Below are positions 6,714 through 14,984 of a stretch of DNA of 34,028 nt, in pieces. The notes under the pieces are model-generated. The model worked only from the letters and a program-made list of their open reading frames with translations, was not told the DNA's origin and did not search any database. Position 1 is the first letter of the stretch. Each line of letters starts with the position of its first letter. The DNA is from a virus. Lineage: Duplodnaviria > Caudoviricetes. The DNA lies in the IMG/VR virus record IMGVR_UViG_3300044210_000023, positions 1 through 34,028 of that record, one strand, 5' to 3'. Position numbers and translations under genes: made by a program.

Positions 6714-6748
6714 AGGATCGCCCCGCCCGGGCGCGGCCCTGAATTTCC
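6714..6748 (-). promoter_or_regulatory. GGAAATTCAGGG promoter-like motif, copy 1
   Basis: GGAAA-TTCAGG-N18-GATCCT; identical 12-mer at 9297-9308. Confidence 0.45.
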
Positions 6749-6755
6749 TCCCGAG

Positions 6756-7196
6756 CTACCCCCGGCGAGCGGGCAGCGGCTTGTCGGCGAGACGCTGTCT
6801 CACGCTGTCAAGCTCGGCCGCCAGCTCGTCGCGCTCGCGCTGCAACCCCCCTGCGTGCTTGCGCCAGCACTTCGGGCACCTCCCCGTCGCCTCGCTCATC
6901 AAGCGCGGATAATCCCGGCCGCACTCGCACTGCTCGATCGCGTAGCCATCGGGCATGGCGTTTGCGAGGCGTGGTTGCCGGCTACGCTTCCAGGCCCGCA
7001 ACTCGTCCGGCGTGCGCTCGGGGATCGTCGTCAGGTCGACGCCATCGGCGGCCAGGGCCCGGCGCACGCGCGTTGCTGCCGTGGACTGCGCCTCGTACCC
7101 ATCGAGCAGATCGACGATGGTTCGGTCGGAAGCGCCAGAGGCAACGCGGACGCGAGCGCGAAGGTCGGTGCTGGCGCGGGCCTCGGCCGCGGTCAC
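6756..7196 (-). CDS. Putative DNA-binding protein, 146 aa (HTH-like N-terminus, CECG/CPKC Zn ribbon, coiled coil)
   Basis: GTGA overlap with upstream gene; motif content. Confidence 0.6.
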   Translation of the reverse strand: MTAAEARASTDLRARVRVASGASDRTIVDLLDGYEAQSTAATRVRRALAADGVDLTTIPERTPDELRAWKRSRQPRLANAMPDGYAIEQCECGRDYPRLMSEATGRCPKCWRKHAGGLQRERDELAAELDSVRQRLADKPLPARRG

Positions 7197-7363
7197 TTCG
7201 CAGGCCCCGATTGCGTTTTCTCCTCTCCCGTCCCACCGCACACCGAACAAGTCCTCACCGGAACCCACTGCGGCTCAACATAAGGTGGCGGGCGATGACT
7301 TGCCGGAGGCGGATCGAAGTAGCCCCCGAGTTTTCCCTGGCCGTCGCACATGCGACAGGTCAC
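7193..7363 (-). CDS. 56-aa DnaJ-type zinc-finger mini-protein (not in ORF track)
   Basis: Manual translation MTCRMCDGQGK...RTCSVCGGTGEEK shows two CxxCxGxG motifs; GTGA overlaps on both sides. Confidence 0.7.
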   Translation of the reverse strand: MTCRMCDGQGKLGGYFDPPPASHRPPPYVEPQWVPVRTCSVCGGTGEEKTQSGPAK

Positions 7364-7524
7364 GCCGCAGCCCTTCGCTCTGTCTCCGGCTCCATCCTCA
7401 CCGGCACCGACTCCACCTCCCCGCTGTGGTCAATCAGCACGAGCTCGACCTTTCCGTCGACGATTCGCACGCGCACCTCTTCCGTGTGCTCTCCCAGGGG
7501 TATTCGATTCGACATCCGGCACAT
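7360..7524 (-). CDS. 54-aa hypothetical protein (not in ORF track)
   Basis: MCRMSNRIPLGEHTEEVRVRIVDGKVELVL...; GAGG SD; coupled to next gene. Confidence 0.6.
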   Translation of the reverse strand: MCRMSNRIPLGEHTEEVRVRIVDGKVELVLIDHSGEVESVPVRMEPETERRAAA

Positions 7525-7541
7525 GGCTTACCTCGGCCGCA

Positions 7542-7592
7542 AGCCTGCCATTTTGGTCTGACACTGTCAAGACAGTGCGCGGACAGTGTCAG
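7542..7592 (-). promoter_or_regulatory. Promoter with GACAGTG operator repeats
   Basis: Perfect 11-bp inverted repeat CTGACACTGTC(7558)/GACAGTGTCAG(7582), third GACAGTG at 7571; TTGACA(7570-7565)-N17-CAGGCT. Confidence 0.65.
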
Positions 7593-7598
7593 GTATAA

Positions 7599-8183
7599 TC
7601 AGCCCCGCGCCGCCTCCAAGAGCTTCGCTGCTCGCCACGCGTTTCGCGTGTACCTCGACGAGGACACGTGGCACTGCTGGGCCGCCGATGGCCAGTCGAG
7701 GGCGTTGCAGGCCCCTAGGAATAGCTGGAACTTGCACAAGCCCGCGATGCCGAGGTTCCAGGCCATGTCGATGAGCGCAGCTTGCGCTGGTTCGGGGAAG
7801 GCGTCGAAGCGCTGGAATGTGTCGCGCAGCCCGGGCAAGAACACCTCCCGCAATCTGCTCACCGCCAGCGCCGTGACCTCCCCGTCCTCGAGGTACAGGA
7901 CCAGGGACGGCGGCCGGGCCTGGTAGTAGTGGGCGTGGCGCCCGCCCGGCATCGCTGAGACACGTGCGAACTCGGCCGACTTCTCTGCGTCGGTGGCTGG
8001 CCTTCCAGTCGGAGCGGCCACGAAGGGAAGCTCGACGGCGGCCACTGGAGAGCGGACAAGGCAGCCGACTCCGATCGTCACGTTCGGTGGATCGGCGCTG
8101 TCCTGGTAGAGGTAGTTGGTCCTGGATTCCCAGCGCTCCAGCTCGGCCACGATGCGGGCCAACGCTTCCTCGGTGATCTGCAT
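7599..8183 (-). CDS. Endolysin, T4-lysozyme-like (GH24), 194 aa
   Basis: E...YQD...TIGVG catalytic motif; AALIDMAWNLG...DWPSAA; AGGAGG SD. Confidence 0.85.
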   Translation of the reverse strand: MQITEEALARIVAELERWESRTNYLYQDSADPPNVTIGVGCLVRSPVAAVELPFVAAPTGRPATDAEKSAEFARVSAMPGGRHAHYYQARPPSLVLYLEDGEVTALAVSRLREVFLPGLRDTFQRFDAFPEPAQAALIDMAWNLGIAGLCKFQLFLGACNALDWPSAAQQCHVSSSRYTRNAWRAAKLLEAARG

Positions 8184-8193
8184 GACAATCCTC

Positions 8194-8730
8194 CTACTGG
8201 CGGTGAGAGCGTTGACCCTCAGCAAATCTCCAGGTCACGCGGCCGTGTTCGCAAATCGCCAGGGCATCCACTCGCCCGGGTCTCTTCCCGCCCTTCGGCC
8301 CGCGCAGCTCATCCACGATGCTGTGCCCCGCGAATCGCTGCTTGATCGCGCGCTCCTCTGCTACATCGTCGTTCGCGATGCCGGCGAAGATCGAGCGTTT
8401 CCAGGTCTTGGGATGAACCACTGCCATGGTCGCGCGGAAGGATGGGCACAGGCCAAGCCAGATCCCGAGCGACATGTTCAATTGCTTGTCCGACGCTGGC
8501 AGAAATCGTTCCCCGCGGGCTACGTGCGGGACGCTGATGGTGTCCTCGATGGTTACGTGTACAGGCACCGACCCGTTCAAACACGCATCCTGCAGGAGCT
8601 TGTACGCTCCGAAGATGTCGTAGTTTCCATCGGGCAACAGTGGCGTATCGGCAATGCCGATGTTCCTTCGCTCGCCGTCCATCCACCCAACGGCGCCTTC
8701 TTTCCCAGGATCGATGCCGACGAATATCAC
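8194..8730 (-). CDS. RuvC-like Holliday junction resolvase, 178 aa
   Basis: IFVGIDPG, VTIE, PKTWK, DALAI motifs; GTG start coupled to upstream ORF. Confidence 0.85.
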   Translation of the reverse strand: MIFVGIDPGKEGAVGWMDGERRNIGIADTPLLPDGNYDIFGAYKLLQDACLNGSVPVHVTIEDTISVPHVARGERFLPASDKQLNMSLGIWLGLCPSFRATMAVVHPKTWKRSIFAGIANDDVAEERAIKQRFAGHSIVDELRGPKGGKRPGRVDALAICEHGRVTWRFAEGQRSHRQ

Positions 8731-8885
8731 CCGCCACCTCTCGACGCCGACGCGCGCGGGCCCGGGCACTTCCTCTGCCACTTCTCCCCGCGCCTCCTCT
8801 CGTCCCCGCAGGACCTGCACCGGTCCACCTTCGCGAGACCAACCACAGCCATCTCTGGCGCGTGACCCTTGTTGTCTTTGGCCAT
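8727..8885 (-). CDS. Small basic protein, 52 aa (CRSC)
   Basis: Fills the gap between holin-like and RuvC-like genes with a GTGA overlap. Confidence 0.45.
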   Translation of the reverse strand: MAKDNKGHAPEMAVVGLAKVDRCRSCGDERRRGEKWQRKCPGPRASASRGGG

Positions 8886-8892
8886 CGTCAGA

Positions 8893-9267
8893 TCACCCCT
8901 GCGGAGCCACGGGAGGTTGGCCACCGGGGAACCCGTTGGCCTGCAGCACCCGCGCTGCCTTGAGAGCAAGGCCAGCAATCACCAGAGTTCCGCCCGCGCA
9001 CTTCGCCGGCACCACGCCGGCCGCGGCCGATGCAATCGACGCCACGACGACCAGGCCAGTTCCCCAGGCCTCTGTGGTGCTGAGCAAGCTCTTCAGCGTG
9101 GCGCCGTCTCGCAGCTTTTGCGCGCTCCGCACGAGGGCGTAGAGCCCGGCGCCAACGGATGAGACGAGAAGCCCCCACGCTGGGGGAACGATGTCTCTCA
9201 CCACGAGCAGTGCAGTGGCAAGGGTCGACAGGATGGCAATTGCCAGGGTGATCTGACGGGTGCTCAT
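8893..9267 (-). CDS. Holin-like multi-pass membrane protein, 124 aa
   Basis: About 4 hydrophobic segments; upstream of endolysin. Confidence 0.65.
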   Translation of the reverse strand: MSTRQITLAIAILSTLATALLVVRDIVPPAWGLLVSSVGAGLYALVRSAQKLRDGATLKSLLSTTEAWGTGLVVVASIASAAAGVVPAKCAGGTLVIAGLALKAARVLQANGFPGGQPPVAPQG

Positions 9268-9273
9268 GCACCC

Positions 9274-9308
9274 ATGGTCCGCCCGTTCCCCCTGCCCCCT
9301 GAATTTCC
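9274..9308 (-). promoter_or_regulatory. GGAAATTCAGGG promoter-like motif, copy 2 (leaderless)
   Basis: TTCAGG-N18-GACCAT-N6-ATG. Confidence 0.5.
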
Positions 9309-9310
9309 GC

Positions 9311-9841
9311 CTACGGATTCGGCTTTGCGTGCTGCAGTTCCGTCTTGAGTGCGCGCAGCTCTTCGACGATCGCGTTGTTCAGCCCGGACGCCCGGGCGTC
9401 GCTCCTGAGCGCTCCGATCCACGCCGCGGTCACGGTGCCTATCCCAATCAGCACCGTCAAGACCATCACGAACGACGCGTTCTGTTTTCGACGGCCTTTG
9501 TCCAATGCCAACACCTCGTCCACGTCGTCAATCCTCTCGCCGATTCGCTTGTCCATCGCTTCCATTCTTTCTTCGAGCTTCCCGATCCGTTGGGTCACCT
9601 TGCATACGGGCCCGGCTGGATCGTTCTCGCAATTGCGCATGTGCTCGGGCTCTTTCCTATCCACCACCGTCTCGGCGATTTGAAACATGCGCGACGAGCT
9701 GTCAGAAGGCGCAGGAACCTGCCCGGGGTAAGGCGTGTGCGCGAACCTCGCTTCTTTGTCGGCCGCTCTCGCCAGGGCGGTCTGCGCCGCTTCCTCCGCG
9801 ATGGCCCGCCTCTCCCCGGTGTCGGTCAGCTTGTTGCTCAT
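9311..9841 (-). CDS. Coiled-coil single-TM protein, 176 aa (lysis-associated, holin/XhlA-like architecture)
   Basis: IGKLEERMEAMDKRIGERIDDVD coil followed by one TM helix; position after fibre genes. Confidence 0.6.
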   Translation of the reverse strand: MSNKLTDTGERRAIAEEAAQTALARAADKEARFAHTPYPGQVPAPSDSSSRMFQIAETVVDRKEPEHMRNCENDPAGPVCKVTQRIGKLEERMEAMDKRIGERIDDVDEVLALDKGRRKQNASFVMVLTVLIGIGTVTAAWIGALRSDARASGLNNAIVEELRALKTELQHAKPNP

Positions 9842-9871
9842 GGTGCCGATCTCTCGTGGTTGGGTTGTCCA

Positions 9872-11470
9872 TCAATTCGCGCACTGCAGACCGCTCGCCG
9901 GAAGCTTTGCCTGGGCAGGGGTCTCAAGATCTGCGTCCTGAATCGTGATTGTGACGGGCGTGGTTGAGGTCGTGTACGCGGATAGGCGAACCCCAACACG
10001 ACGCCCAACGTAGCCCGTCCCACTCGTTGAGCACGGGACATTCCACCCTGATGGGTAGTTTGGCTCGTAGTAGAAGTTCTTGTACAGCTGCTGTTCCCAT
10101 GTCCACGTCGGGCCTCCGACTCGCGGGACATCGGCCGAACCAAACGTCACCAGAAAATCGTGCTCCATCCCAGTCGGGGAAATTTTGCTTACGTCGCCTG
10201 TACATGCGTAGGTTCCCGGCGTGTCCTTGCCGTACACAATCACTTCCGCCCTGACGTAGCTGGCAGACGCAAGGGCAGACGCGTAGGCGCGCATTCGCAT
10301 GCGCCAGACGCCGGAGGGCCACACCCACCCAGGGCTGCAAGGTGAATAGACAGTCCCGATGGTCACGACGCCACTCGAAGATGTGATTCCTGAAGTCTGC
10401 AGAGAGTAGCTACCCTCGGGGAACGTTCCCCACGTGGCAGGAGGACACAGCCCGCCTTGGCTGTCGCAGGCGTTGATATCGAGCATGTAGACGCCGGATG
10501 GTGCCCCGTACGTGTTGACCACGGTCGGGCTGCTCGCGACGCTGGCAGAATTGGACGTCACGGTCAGGGTCGACGTCGACGTGTTGGTGTACGTTCCCGT
10601 TGCCTGGGCCGAGGCGGTGTTGGTGTTCGTCCAGGTCCCCGTCCCCGTGCCTCCAGCCGTCGTGGAAACCGTGTTTTGCGTAGCCGTGACCACCTCGGAG
10701 CGGCTGGCGGTCCACGTCTGCGATACCGTCGCTGTCACCTGGCTGCTCGCCGTCGACGTCGAAACGTAGGTCTCGGTGACGTTGCCTAGCCCGTACGCCC
10801 ACGACGTGCACGTTCCTATCGCTGTTTGGCTTGCGCTCGCCGTTCCTGACACCGTTCCCGTCCCAGTTCCTGTTCCCGTCGCGGTTCCCGTCCCCGTGCC
10901 AGATACTGATGCCGTCGAGGTGAGCGTCTTCGTCACCGTGATCGTGGCCGTGTAGTAGTAGTAATTGTTGCGCGTCTGCGTGTGCGTTCCAGTTTGGCTC
11001 GTAGTTCCGGTGTACAACGTCGTATACGTCGACGGCATCGTGACCGTCACAGATTGCGATGCTGTTCCTGTCCCGGTCGTAGTGGCGGTCCCTGTGATCG
11101 TTCCGGTCCCGCTCGCCGTCGTGACCTGGGTTACCGGAATGGTGCCCGTGGTGGTCTGCGTGTACGTCGTTGAGGCGGTCAACGTGGCCGTATTCCGGAA
11201 TGCGATTCCATTCTCTCCGTACAGCGTCCCGAGCCCCGTGATGGTTGCGGTCCCGTGCCCGGTGAGGGTCACCGTCTGGCTGCCGACGACCAAGGTGTGG
11301 TTCGGATGCTGGCTGTCGAAGAGCTGGTCGGTGTCGGCGTCGAGCGACGCCGGGCCGCTGGTGCCGTTGGTGCCGTCGGTGGCGCAGAGCTCGGGCGGCA
11401 CGATCAGGCTCGCGATCGCGAACGCTACGAGCTGCGAGACGATGATGGGATGTCGAGGGATGCGCTTCAT
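9872..11470 (-). CDS. Thr-rich protein, 532 aa, with signal-peptide-like N-terminus and C-terminal beta domain
   Basis: ATGA overlap with upstream gene; long T-x-T/TG tracts. Confidence 0.8.
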   Translation of the reverse strand: MKRIPRHPIIVSQLVAFAIASLIVPPELCATDGTNGTSGPASLDADTDQLFDSQHPNHTLVVGSQTVTLTGHGTATITGLGTLYGENGIAFRNTATLTASTTYTQTTTGTIPVTQVTTASGTGTITGTATTTGTGTASQSVTVTMPSTYTTLYTGTTSQTGTHTQTRNNYYYYTATITVTKTLTSTASVSGTGTGTATGTGTGTGTVSGTASASQTAIGTCTSWAYGLGNVTETYVSTSTASSQVTATVSQTWTASRSEVVTATQNTVSTTAGGTGTGTWTNTNTASAQATGTYTNTSTSTLTVTSNSASVASSPTVVNTYGAPSGVYMLDINACDSQGGLCPPATWGTFPEGSYSLQTSGITSSSGVVTIGTVYSPCSPGWVWPSGVWRMRMRAYASALASASYVRAEVIVYGKDTPGTYACTGDVSKISPTGMEHDFLVTFGSADVPRVGGPTWTWEQQLYKNFYYEPNYPSGWNVPCSTSGTGYVGRRVGVRLSAYTTSTTPVTITIQDADLETPAQAKLPASGLQCAN

Positions 11471-13368
11471 GCAATGGGCCTTTCGACGAGGTGCCAAGAA
11501 TCGCCGGCGCGGCTGAGCTGGAAGGCCATGCGCGCCGGGGAATTCTTCAGGACGATGGGCTGGTACGAGGACATGCTGTCCTTGGCGAGCACGAGCCCTT
11601 TGTAGGGCGCCGCTGGCATCTGCCCGTGGCGCAGAGTCTTCGGCGTCGAGGTCGACGCGTTCGTGACGGTCACGCGAACGAGGTCGCCGGGAAGGAAGCC
11701 GTCGGCGTTGATGCCGAGCAGGTCCGTCGTCGGGATGTCGACCTCGCAGGAATTGCAGTCGGCCGGGAGGTCGAGCAGCCCATCGGCCACGGTGCCAACG
11801 CCGATCTTGGTGTGGATGCGGCCGTCCGGTCCGAGCGCGCCCCACGGGTGGGCTTGCTCTTGTCCCTGAGCAACGTTCGTCCAGCGATTCGAGAGCTTCT
11901 GGTGATCGGTCGTCGCCGGCACGCTGAGCGTGGTGATGGTGGTGATGACTCGGACGAATCCGTCGACGTGGTTGTACTGCAGCCAAACCATCTCGCCGCT
12001 CGTGCCGGTGGTCTGGGCGAAGGCCAGCCACTCGATGCGGTCCGACGGCGTGACCACCACGGCGGCTGCCAGGGCGCCCACGCATTCGTAGTCAGCCCAG
12101 TCGGTGCCGTGGATGGGTGGGCTGATAGCTTCCACGAACGGGGGCTCGACGGTGTTGTCGCCGTGGACCACGCGCAGCCTGAGCGTGACCGTGGTGTTGG
12201 CGCCGGCCCAGTCGCTGGACAGCTTGGCGCGAATGTAGAACCTGAACGGGCCAGCCGGGATGGCCGACACGCCCGGCGTGCCGATCTTGGTGATGCAGGC
12301 GTTCGGGTAGGCGAATGGCTGCTGCCCCGACTGCACGCTGACCGACGCGGGGAACTGGAACACTTCCTTGTAGATGCCGGCGGCGTTGGCCTCTTGGTCG
12401 GCAGTCAGCAATTCCCAGTGCTCGGTCGAATCGCTGAACGACGAATTGACCAGCCAGTAGACGGGAGAGCCGAACACAACCGGGTAGCTGTTCAGTCGGA
12501 GATACATGCCCGCGTACAGGATGCCTTCGGTGACCTTCGTGGTGAGGCCTTGGACGTACTGGCTGGCCACCGACAGCTCGGGGACGCGCTCGACCACAGG
12601 CTTTGTCGACACGGGCTGTCCGTTGATGGTGTGCACGCCACAATCCACCACGCGGTAGATGAGCTGCCGGGTCTGGCTCTCGGTGTTGGCGTTGTAGTTG
12701 TAGGCGATGAACCTGTCGCCATCGGCCGGTGTGGCACCGTCGCAGTGGGCAGAGCTGAATGACGTCCGGTTGTAGAGCGGCGCCTGGTAGCGCCCCGGCG
12801 CGATCTCGGCCCAGCCGTCGAACAGCAAGCCCACGCAGCCGAACGAGCCGGTGTACACGAAGCGTACCGGCCCGCGGTCCCGCGGGTCGAGCAGGTACTT
12901 CGGCGTCAGGGTGGCGCCGTAGACCTCGGCCGTCTGCGGAGGATGCGAGTGCAGCCCGTCTGCCGCCAGGCCGCTGTTGCCGGGGTCGTCGACGCCGACG
13001 GGGCGCATGGCTCCGCGATAGAAGCCAGGGAAGCTCGCTCCTCCGCTGGCCGGCCAGAGCCTGGACCAGGACAGCACACCGCTGCCGCTCTTGATCCAGA
13101 GCGCAACCGGGACGTCGCTGCCCAGCGTGAGTTGCCACGCGATCGTTTGCATCGGATAGGGCGTGGTCCCCGTCACATAGACTGGCGTGACCGTTGGGTC
13201 GACGTAGATATCGATCCAGCGCGGGTCGAAGTAGAGCTCAAGAGCGTTGCAAATTGCCCGCCAGATACGGTGTTTACGCTCCTCGATCGTTCCCGAGGTT
13301 ACGTCGAGCGGAGGGCTATTGAGCGCGTCCGCTACGGCATCACCTATCAGGTCACCACGCGTGCTCAT
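11467..13368 (-). CDS. Tail fibre/receptor-binding-like protein, 633 aa
   Basis: DG...GDRF...IY...R...GL..KVTEG segment resembles a common fibre domain; position after baseplate; GAGG SD. Confidence 0.65.
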   Translation of the reverse strand: MSTRGDLIGDAVADALNSPPLDVTSGTIEERKHRIWRAICNALELYFDPRWIDIYVDPTVTPVYVTGTTPYPMQTIAWQLTLGSDVPVALWIKSGSGVLSWSRLWPASGGASFPGFYRGAMRPVGVDDPGNSGLAADGLHSHPPQTAEVYGATLTPKYLLDPRDRGPVRFVYTGSFGCVGLLFDGWAEIAPGRYQAPLYNRTSFSSAHCDGATPADGDRFIAYNYNANTESQTRQLIYRVVDCGVHTINGQPVSTKPVVERVPELSVASQYVQGLTTKVTEGILYAGMYLRLNSYPVVFGSPVYWLVNSSFSDSTEHWELLTADQEANAAGIYKEVFQFPASVSVQSGQQPFAYPNACITKIGTPGVSAIPAGPFRFYIRAKLSSDWAGANTTVTLRLRVVHGDNTVEPPFVEAISPPIHGTDWADYECVGALAAAVVVTPSDRIEWLAFAQTTGTSGEMVWLQYNHVDGFVRVITTITTLSVPATTDHQKLSNRWTNVAQGQEQAHPWGALGPDGRIHTKIGVGTVADGLLDLPADCNSCEVDIPTTDLLGINADGFLPGDLVRVTVTNASTSTPKTLRHGQMPAAPYKGLVLAKDSMSSYQPIVLKNSPARMAFQLSRAGDSWHLVERPIA

Positions 13369-13446
13369 GTGACCCGTGCGACCTCTGGAGTGTGCATCAG
13401 GCTACACGTTACGGCAGGATTCCTGTCCCACAGAGGAAGCGTAGAC

Positions 13447-13480
13447 GAAATTCAGGCGCCACCTCCTGCGGTGGCATGCT
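13447..13480 (+). promoter_or_regulatory. GAAATTCAGG promoter-like motif, copy 3
   Basis: GAAA-TTCAGG-N18-(TGg)CATGCT facing the lipoprotein morons. Confidence 0.4.
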
Positions 13481-13566
13481 GAACAGATGACACGCTTACG
13501 CCGCCGCAAGGCTGGTGCTCTCATGTGACGTCCGTAAAACTGCACATCCGTTCAGCGCCATGCAGC

Positions 13567-13595
13567 TTGAACGATCCTAACCCAAGGATGAAGAT
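13567..13595 (+). promoter_or_regulatory. Leaderless promoter of moron lipoprotein 1
   Basis: TTGAAC-N17-GAAGAT-N6-ATG. Confidence 0.6.
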
Positions 13596-13601
13596 CCGAC
13601 C

Positions 13602-14891
13602 ATGACCGCTCGAAGCCTGGCCTTGGTCGCAGTTCTCACGTGTGCGTGCAAGACTGAACACCAGAATCTCGGTCCGAAGATGGACGCCGGTCCTGACACG
13701 TGGATCCCGCTGGGAGGATCTCCTATCGGGACAGGAGGGCAAAGCGCGTTCACGGCTGGCAACGGAGGTTCCACAGGTATCGGAGAGACCCTGGGCACTG
13801 GTGGCGCCCCAATCGTCGAGCCAGCGCGAGACAGTGGGGCTGGGGGTGGGGTGGGCGGAGCCGTGGGTACGGGAGGAGCAACAACGGCGCCTGGGCCCGC
13901 GCGTGATGCTGGCGGAGTCGACGGGACCAGCGGCCCCGATGGCGCATACGTGACTGTCCACGATGCAGGCCGAGACTATCCTGAAGCTTCCCCGGAGGAT
14001 GCGAACGTGCAACGGGACGCGACCGGGACCGTAGACTCGGGAGTCACCCGCAACGCCTGTCTCTCGATTCTGTCGCTCGGGCATCCGGCCTCGTACGGTG
14101 CGGATAGCGGAGACAGAGACAAGGCCGACTCCTTCGAGAGCTTCATGAATGACCATACCGGCGGCACCGCGACGATGCAGATGCTGAAGACGTTCAGCCA
14201 CATCGGCGACCTCCGACTCGATGACTTCGATCTCATCATCTTGCAGGCTCTGTACACGGACAATCCGTACGACCCTGCCAGCACGCTGTGGAAGTACACA
14301 GACGCTGACGCTGCGGCTCTTCGCACCTGGGTCGAGAACGGCGGCGCAGTGATAGCGATGTCCGGATACTTCACGGACAACACGGCCGAGATCCAGCCAC
14401 TCAACCAGTTGCTCAAGCCGCTCGGGATCGCCTACAACGGCGACGACATCTACACGAGGTGTCCGGACGAACTGTGCTACTGCACGGACAATTCGATTCC
14501 TTTCGGCAATTGGAACCAAGACTTCACCGAAATAACCCACGACCTCCGCTACGTAGGCGTCTTTCACGGTCGTTCCATCGAGTGCACCGACTGCCAGGTC
14601 ATGGCCACGGACTCGACGAGCAAGCTAAAGATGGGCGTCTCCAATACCGTCGGAAAGGGTCGTGTTTTTGCTTGGTCGGACGAATGGGTGACCTACACCA
14701 GCCAGTGGGGGCTTGCCGACAGCAAGTTTGATGATCCGCAGAATACCCAGTGTTCTGGCCACACGGCCAAGACGATGTATAGCGTGCCGCAATTCTGGTA
14801 CAACGTCATCCACTGGGCGGCTCCGACCAAGACCTGCTTCACGATCGTTCTGCCTCCCGACGCTCCGCCCGGCCAGGAGGTGTTCCCTTAG
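13602..14891 (+). CDS. Moron lipoprotein 1, 429 aa, Gly-rich linker plus class-I GATase-like (DUF4350-like) fold domain
   Basis: LTCA-C lipobox-like; GTGG/DAG linker; LDDFDLIIL, AALRTWVENGGAVI, GKGRVFAWSD motifs. Confidence 0.75.
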   Translation: MTARSLALVAVLTCACKTEHQNLGPKMDAGPDTWIPLGGSPIGTGGQSAFTAGNGGSTGIGETLGTGGAPIVEPARDSGAGGGVGGAVGTGGATTAPGPARDAGGVDGTSGPDGAYVTVHDAGRDYPEASPEDANVQRDATGTVDSGVTRNACLSILSLGHPASYGADSGDRDKADSFESFMNDHTGGTATMQMLKTFSHIGDLRLDDFDLIILQALYTDNPYDPASTLWKYTDADAAALRTWVENGGAVIAMSGYFTDNTAEIQPLNQLLKPLGIAYNGDDIYTRCPDELCYCTDNSIPFGNWNQDFTEITHDLRYVGVFHGRSIECTDCQVMATDSTSKLKMGVSNTVGKGRVFAWSDEWVTYTSQWGLADSKFDDPQNTQCSGHTAKTMYSVPQFWYNVIHWAAPTKTCFTIVLPPDAPPGQEVFP

Positions 14892-14949
14892 GGATGCACT
14901 TGGCGCCCTGTGTGCGCCAACGCTAAACGTCCGTTCAGTGCAATGCGAG

Positions 14950-14978
14950 TTGAAGACCAGAAGGGAAAAGCTGAGGAT
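14950..14978 (+). promoter_or_regulatory. Leaderless promoter of moron lipoprotein 2
   Basis: TTGAAG-N17-GAGGAT-N6-ATG. Confidence 0.6.
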
Positions 14979-14984
14979 CGGAGC

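Noticed and set aside
11471-12085. N-terminal extension of the 737-aa ORF (similarly 19469-20935, 18768-19724, 16386-17279, 5498-6646, 3351-4151)
   Set aside because: Extensions overlap upstream genes; coupled or promoter-supported internal starts fit better
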